The position numbers and the translations under genes were made by a program. Below the pieces are notes generated by a model. The model was not told the origin of the DNA. It did no database searches and was given only the letters and a program-made list of their open reading frames with translations. This document shows positions 58,409-64,000 of a DNA stretch of 64,000 nt, piece after piece. The stretch covers positions 7,600,043 to 7,664,042 of the forward strand of contig CM082593.2 in assembly GCA_040954595.2 (NCBI GenBank), read 5' to 3'. This DNA comes from Balanoglossus misakiensis. Its lineage: Eukaryota > Animalia > Hemichordata. Position 1 is the first letter of the stretch; every line of letters begins with the position of its first letter.

Positions 58409-61400
58409 TCATTTCTCTTCGTCTTCTTCTAAAATTCTATTCAATCTCAAGAATGTTGGCGATTGCAGCATTGAATCATGATGCTGAAAGTCGCGGTCGA
58501 ATTCGCCGTCTTCGTCAATGTATCCGGAACTTCCTTCGGTTGATTTGACGCTGCCTTGAGTTGAGTCTTCGTGTACAGCGTTGTACACAGGCGAGTCTTT
58601 GTCGACACCGACTCGCAGTTTCCTGTTTTCATACAAAGGCATAATGTTAGCACAGCACAGCACAGCACAGTACAGCACAGTACAGTACAGTACAGTACAG
58701 TACAGTACAGTACAGTACAGTACAGTACAGTACAGAACAGTACAGTACAGTACAGTACAGTACAGTACAGTACAATACAATATAATACAATACAATACAA
58801 TACAATGCAATACAATACAATACAGTACAGTACAGAACAGAACAGAACAATTTGGACAAAGGGCGTAATGTTCTGATTACTGACAATTCGTCTAAGTAGA
58901 AAGACAGAATTAAAACAAAATAATACTCTGAGAAAGAATTTACTGTTGCACAAATAAAGCTCCGAGAGCTGTCCCTGTACTATGTTAGCACATTTTAAAG
59001 ACAGAATTTCACTGCAAATTCTTCTATACTCTGATTTGAAAACAGTGCGTAGCTATTCTCTGTGGCTATACAACAGAGAGCGTATCCACAATGACGTATG
59101 TTCTGATTAGATATCATTACTTACAACGGGTTTTGTATCCGTCCATTGTCTTGAGTTTGGAAATTTGAGTAGGAATTTACCGTCGGTGTTTTCGGTGACT
59201 CTTGTTTCGATCGGGGTGTCCAGGGACCTAAATATGAAACCGGAGCATAACGGGCGGACAAGACCGCATTCTGCTTCTCATAATCTTCGATACTCCCGAA
59301 ATACTTTTGGAAAAGATCCCTACTGCGGTGATTTGTGTTGTCGACGTTCTCCTCATTTTGAACCGGCGCCGTTCTGTCGACGCTCTTATTGTTCCATGGC
59401 CTGTCTTCGACTGCAAGGGACTTTTCCATCGCCGATAAATTCTGCTCAGAAAGATACATCGAGTTCGTTTTCGGCGAATCTTCAGACAACGGAGAAGTAT
59501 TAGCCTTTGTGAGAGATATCTGCGGCCTCTGAAACACGAATACATGAATGAAAATAAATTATTTCATTTTACAAGTTTGCGTTGTGAGGAAAATCACCAC
59601 CACCGCTGCGAACGGGATGGCAGGACTCTTCCGCCCCACAACCAAGGCCGCCAAAATGCGTATGATGTGTTTTACTGAATATAGTGATTGTGTATTAAAA
59701 TATTTATTTTGTGAAGCAAGATATTAAGACGAAATCTAAAATTGAATTGGGTCGCATGATCGCATCCCCCCTCTCAGATTGTTTATGTTGTTCTCCGTGT
59801 AGAACGCATTCTACGGAACCGACAGCGTCGTTACGGTGCGGCATTGCGTTCTTAAAGGCCGAGTTACACGAGGCAACTCGGCAGGCAACTCGGTAGGCAA
59901 CTCGACGCGCAACCCGAGTCGCGTCGCTACATCGAACAGTTACACGGGGCGACTCGACTGGCAACTAGCTGCGCGTAAACAGTGGCTGCGCATGTGCAGC
60001 CGCCTCAGTAGCCGATCGACAATTCAATCTTTATTCGATATTATGCATAAATATTTGGTGGTTATTCTGGCAACAGCATGCATATATTATTCTTGTCATT
60101 TAGCTGATCAACCTGGTCATCTGACCGAGTATTTTTTCTTGAAAAAACAACAAAAAAAGTTTGCGAATTTCAACTGCATACAATACGTATACTTTCTCCA
60201 CTATGTATTGCTATTGACATAATAAACTAACTAGTTTTGCACTTCAACAGTATCCTCATCAATAAAAGCACGTTTTTTCTCAGTAAGCAGGTGATATGCA
60301 AGCCTATATCAGTAAAGAAAAAAAATACTAGCTTGGGTGCTTAATTTAATTGATGAATACGGAATTTTTAATCGCGATACCAAATTGGACAAAATTGAAA
60401 CGTTACTAAATATCGTTTCAATAAAAAAGGAGTAACTTAAGTTTAATTACAAAAACATTGACTTACTTTATTTAAAATGTACTTGAAACCAGGTATATTT
60501 TAAATCCGGCGAGTTTAAATCCTTGTAAAACAGGGGAGTAGATTATGGGGAAATTGAAGAAAGTTGCGCAATTTAACATTAAGATTACTGAATTTTCAAA
60601 CTGCACATCATACAAATGTGTGAAAAAAGCTGAGACAAAAGTCGTGCCAATCTGTAAAAACTTTATAGATAATAAACAAAATCCATGTTTCGAAATGCAG
60701 TGAAAGTAATAACAAGGCAAGTGGGACATTTCATTGTACAAGAACGAAGTAGGCCTATATTTTTTAAAGAAGAAATATATTGCTTGATAGATTTGTTTGT
60801 ATGTAAAATAATACAAATAGAACTATATTTGTATTTATAAGTTGACATGACCGGGCGAAATAGACACGTGTTTTATCCAAAAAGATATATGATGTACACT
60901 GGCTGTGTAAGAACTCTTGAACTGTGGGCGATAATCATAAGCTGGCGTTTTATTATTCTGAAATTCGGTTACGATATTTGGTTATGGTACCCCAAAAATC
61001 GGAAATGCAATCAATGTCGAGTCAATCTTCATAACCATTTTCGCGAAACTGAATAGTAGTTTATTTTCATATCATCGCTGGCAAGATAATTAGTTGAAAG
61101 TTTCTTTAACAAAACGTGAGTTTATATGGAAATATTGAACTATAAATACATACAAATATCCGATTTCATAGCAAATACTTATTCCCCAATATTTTCGGAA
61201 GTGTACAGGTCTACAGTCTGTAGTTCCTGGTTCGGAAAATAACAAATAAACATCATTTTCGCATGTGCAGATGTCAAAATTTATTCGAGACAAAGTGGTA
61301 ACGCGGGGCAACAGCTTGCGCGTCAGGCAACTCGTCGCCCGAAAATCCGACATGACGGATTTCGAGGCGACGTCGCCAGACGCGTTCCATTGAGGCGACT

Positions 61401-63968
61401 ACATCATACACACGAGGCAACTCGGTAGGCAACTCGGGTTGCGCGTCGAATTGCCTACCGAGTTGCCTGCCGAGTTGCCTCGTGTAACTCGGCCTTAACA
61501 GTTGGAAAAATTGGAAATTCACGTTCAACAAAAATGAAGATCGTCTGTCATTCGTTCCAAGTCAGCTTTGAACAGAAATGATCAAATTGTCTCCAGCTTC
61601 GCGCTCAACGACCATCACAACACTTGAAGAGGAGTCGGGATCTCTCGCTGATGTGTTTTCGAATGGAAAGTTTACAGACGCGCGTAGCAACGAGAACGAA
61701 AGTAGTTCAGTAAAGAAAGTGTTCCAAAGCATGCACAGAATGTGAGGGCGCTTTTCTCCATAGCGTTGGACAGGAAACGCAGCATCATGGCTACAGAATT
61801 GAGAGGATTTTACACAGATATTACTCACAAACCACATTTTCCGTTACATTCTAGACTTGATGCCCCACATATTATGGATTATATTAGGAAAACTTACGTA
61901 ATTATTTTCAAACTCTGAACGCATTTGAATTTCATTGGATGAAGTGATGTCCGTATGAAACAAGTGTACACCACCAGGATACTGCTCATGTGTTTCTGCA
62001 GAGGAATGCCTTCGGTGGGTAGATTGGTACGATTTATACCTTTCTTTCTCGTCTTCCCAAGCAGTTGTCGGCAAATCGTTCATATTTTTGTTCGGTTGGC
62101 GTTCACTCAATGATGAATAGGCAGACGTGTTGTACTGTGGTCTACGACGCCGACTATAGTGCGGCGAAATAGCCTCGGTATCGGACATAGCGATGGATGT
62201 ATCTTCGCCAATGATGGCGTCAATTTTGCCGTAATATTTGGGCATTTTCATAGCTTTCTTGGTCGGCTGGAATTGTGGTTTTCTGACGACTTCACCCGTT
62301 GCGCGCGCTGGTGCCGGTACACCTTCGTTGCTGTAGTAACGATTGTTCTTGGGTGAATGTTTACGTCTGGTTTGATATCCCTCGGTATCACTATAGTAAC
62401 TGGTGTTGGCGTGACCGTTGTAATAATGGCAGCTATCCACATCACTGTAATACTCGTTCCCGCGTGTGCTGTGAGGAGCGTACGTAACATTCCAGTTATC
62501 CGTACCGACGCCCTTGTAGTTAGTAGGAGATACAAATTGTCGCTTGCTGCCATGGCGACCAGAATGGCCTCCAGTGCCGTTGAAATGGGGTGAGCTGCCG
62601 TGGGGGCTTGTACGGCTAATATACCGCCGACATGGTTCTTCTGTGTCCGTGAAATACTTCTCTCCCTCAAAATTCTTCGAACCTGCCGTGCCGTTATATT
62701 GCTGTATATTTGCCAGGCTAACTCTGTTATTTGGTGAAGTAATAATCGGCTGGTCTTCAGCGTCGCCGTAATATTGGTAGTCAGATCCGACGTGTCCTGA
62801 AATGAGCACTGACTGTGGTAGCTCATCTCTTCGAGTGCGGCTCCTTGCGTGTGTGTTGAGCGGCAAACTGCCGTGCTGCCCCGACGAATTCAGGGCACTC
62901 TTTCTAGATTTCGCCGGCGACCGCGAAAATCTCTGCCGCGTGTAATTCTGTGTGAACACTTCGCCATCGCTGAAATAAGCGGAGGTGTCGCCTCTAGATC
63001 GATGAGAACCAGTGCGAGATTTCATGTCCCTGCTTTTGGCGTCATATTCGAGGCGACCGTAGTACCCGGGCACTCGCGTCGGGCTTTTCATCGGCTGAAA
63101 CTGGGGCTCCCGAACGACATCCGCTTTTCGCACCGTCGATGTCGTTCGGGAGCTCTCGGTTGACGCGATCGACTCGACATCGCCCTCTTCCGGATTGCAA
63201 GAAAACAGATGAGCTTTGGTGAGCGGGTTGCGAATAACGACCGCTTTATGCACAGGTGACGTTTGCTTTGAAAATGGCCGCGGCGGGCGAGTGTAAGGAT
63301 CTGAGAACGCGCTCGTCGGTCTTCGCTGTTCTCGAGATTCTGATTCTTCGGATAATTTTCCATATACGTCTTCATATGTTGCACTTGGAAAGGGCGTCAC
63401 CGATTTTGTTTCAAACCCTTTATTCTTGTTACTGCTCACATGGTTTCTCCTCACACCGTACAAGTTTGGTTCGGACGGTTTCTGCTGACTCAGGTAAGAT
63501 GTAAAAGAGCTGGCTTTTGAGTCACTGTCGATGACGTCACTGGCGTCTGCTTCGTTCCGTTTGGTTTCCCCAAATACGAGCGAACTGACGTGCCTGACAA
63601 TATTATCGTTGTGGTCTGTCTTGTCCGGGGAACCGTCCCTGCCCGGTTCTGCTTCGATGTAAAACGAAGACAAGTCGTCGAATTTTTGTTGGATAGCTGC
63701 AATCTGTTCTTCGGTCATCACGTTTGTCGGTGCGCCGCCGCCATTTTCTTCTCTGGTTGGATCTTGCAGTTGGAACGTGAACGACGAACTGTGCTGGGGC
63801 CAGGCGGTTTTCTCTCCTTGTCCACTTCGCTCGTTTCGATTGAGAGTAATCATGACAGACGAGGTCGACCGCAGTGTTGATGACGATGACTGTATCTGTT
63901 GACCGGGAGAAGATTCTACGCGTTTGCTCTTTGTGACATCGGACCGAAAGTAATCTGTTCCCCTGCCC
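58409..63968 (-). CDS. 3' part of a second Zasp/PDLIM-related gene (5' exons beyond the right edge)
   Basis: Exons 63968-61898 (2071 nt, phase 2 to 0), 59528-59125 (phase 0 to 2) and 58622-58409 (stop) splice in frame with canonical sites; last exon has DSPVYNAVHE...QSPTFLRLNRIL, similar to the C-terminus of the neighbouring PDZ-ZM gene. Confidence 0.78.
58649..58850 (+). repeat. (CAGTA)n/(CAATA)n pentanucleotide microsatellite
   Basis: Direct reading; lies just upstream (transcript sense) of the acceptor at 58622. Confidence 0.97.
59856..61495. mobile_element. 1.64-kb non-autonomous PIF/Harbinger element
   Basis: TAA|AGGCCGAGTTACACGAGGCAACTCGGCAGGCAACTCGGTAGGCAA... near-perfect ~65-bp TIR ...GGCCT|TAA; subterminal GGCAACTCG repeats; AT-rich interior with no transposase ORF. 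Confidence 0.88.
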
Positions 63969-64000
63969 CTGGAAACAAATAAAAGGATAGACATGTTTTG

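Noticed and set aside
58447-58953. Cys-rich VLYCT ORFs resembling a metal-binding or LIM region
   Set aside because: Translation of the (CAGTA)n microsatellite
59856-59930. CRISPR-like short repeats (GGCAACTCG)
   Set aside because: No spacers; they are transposon subterminal repeats in a eukaryotic intron

Overview
Eukaryotic (intron-rich, AT-rich, animal and probably marine-invertebrate-like) genomic DNA with no prokaryotic features. Reading splice sites by hand gives, left to right: (1) a probable first coding exon of an unidentified minus-strand gene running off the left edge; (2) a 2-exon DDIT4/REDD1 (scylla/charybde-type) gene (-); (3) a ~26-coding-exon FAM13 RhoGAP gene (-) with candidate frame-preserving micro/cassette exons; (4) an AMSH/STAMBP JAMM deubiquitinase (+) sharing a bidirectional promoter with FAM13; (5) a complete 5-exon LIM-less PDZ-ZM (Zasp/ALP-like) gene (-); (6) the 3' three exons of what looks like its tandem paralogue, with the same intron phases but a 46-nt exon replaced by a 2071-nt low-complexity exon. 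Introns and intergenic DNA hold many small non-autonomous DNA transposons with readable TIRs and TSDs (TTAA, TA, TAA, ATT, 8-bp and 9-bp types, including one carrying head-to-head telomeric repeats), microsatellites, and a strong excess of TACATGTA octamers resembling Tc1/mariner excision footprints. All exon coordinates are manual and unverified by transcripts.
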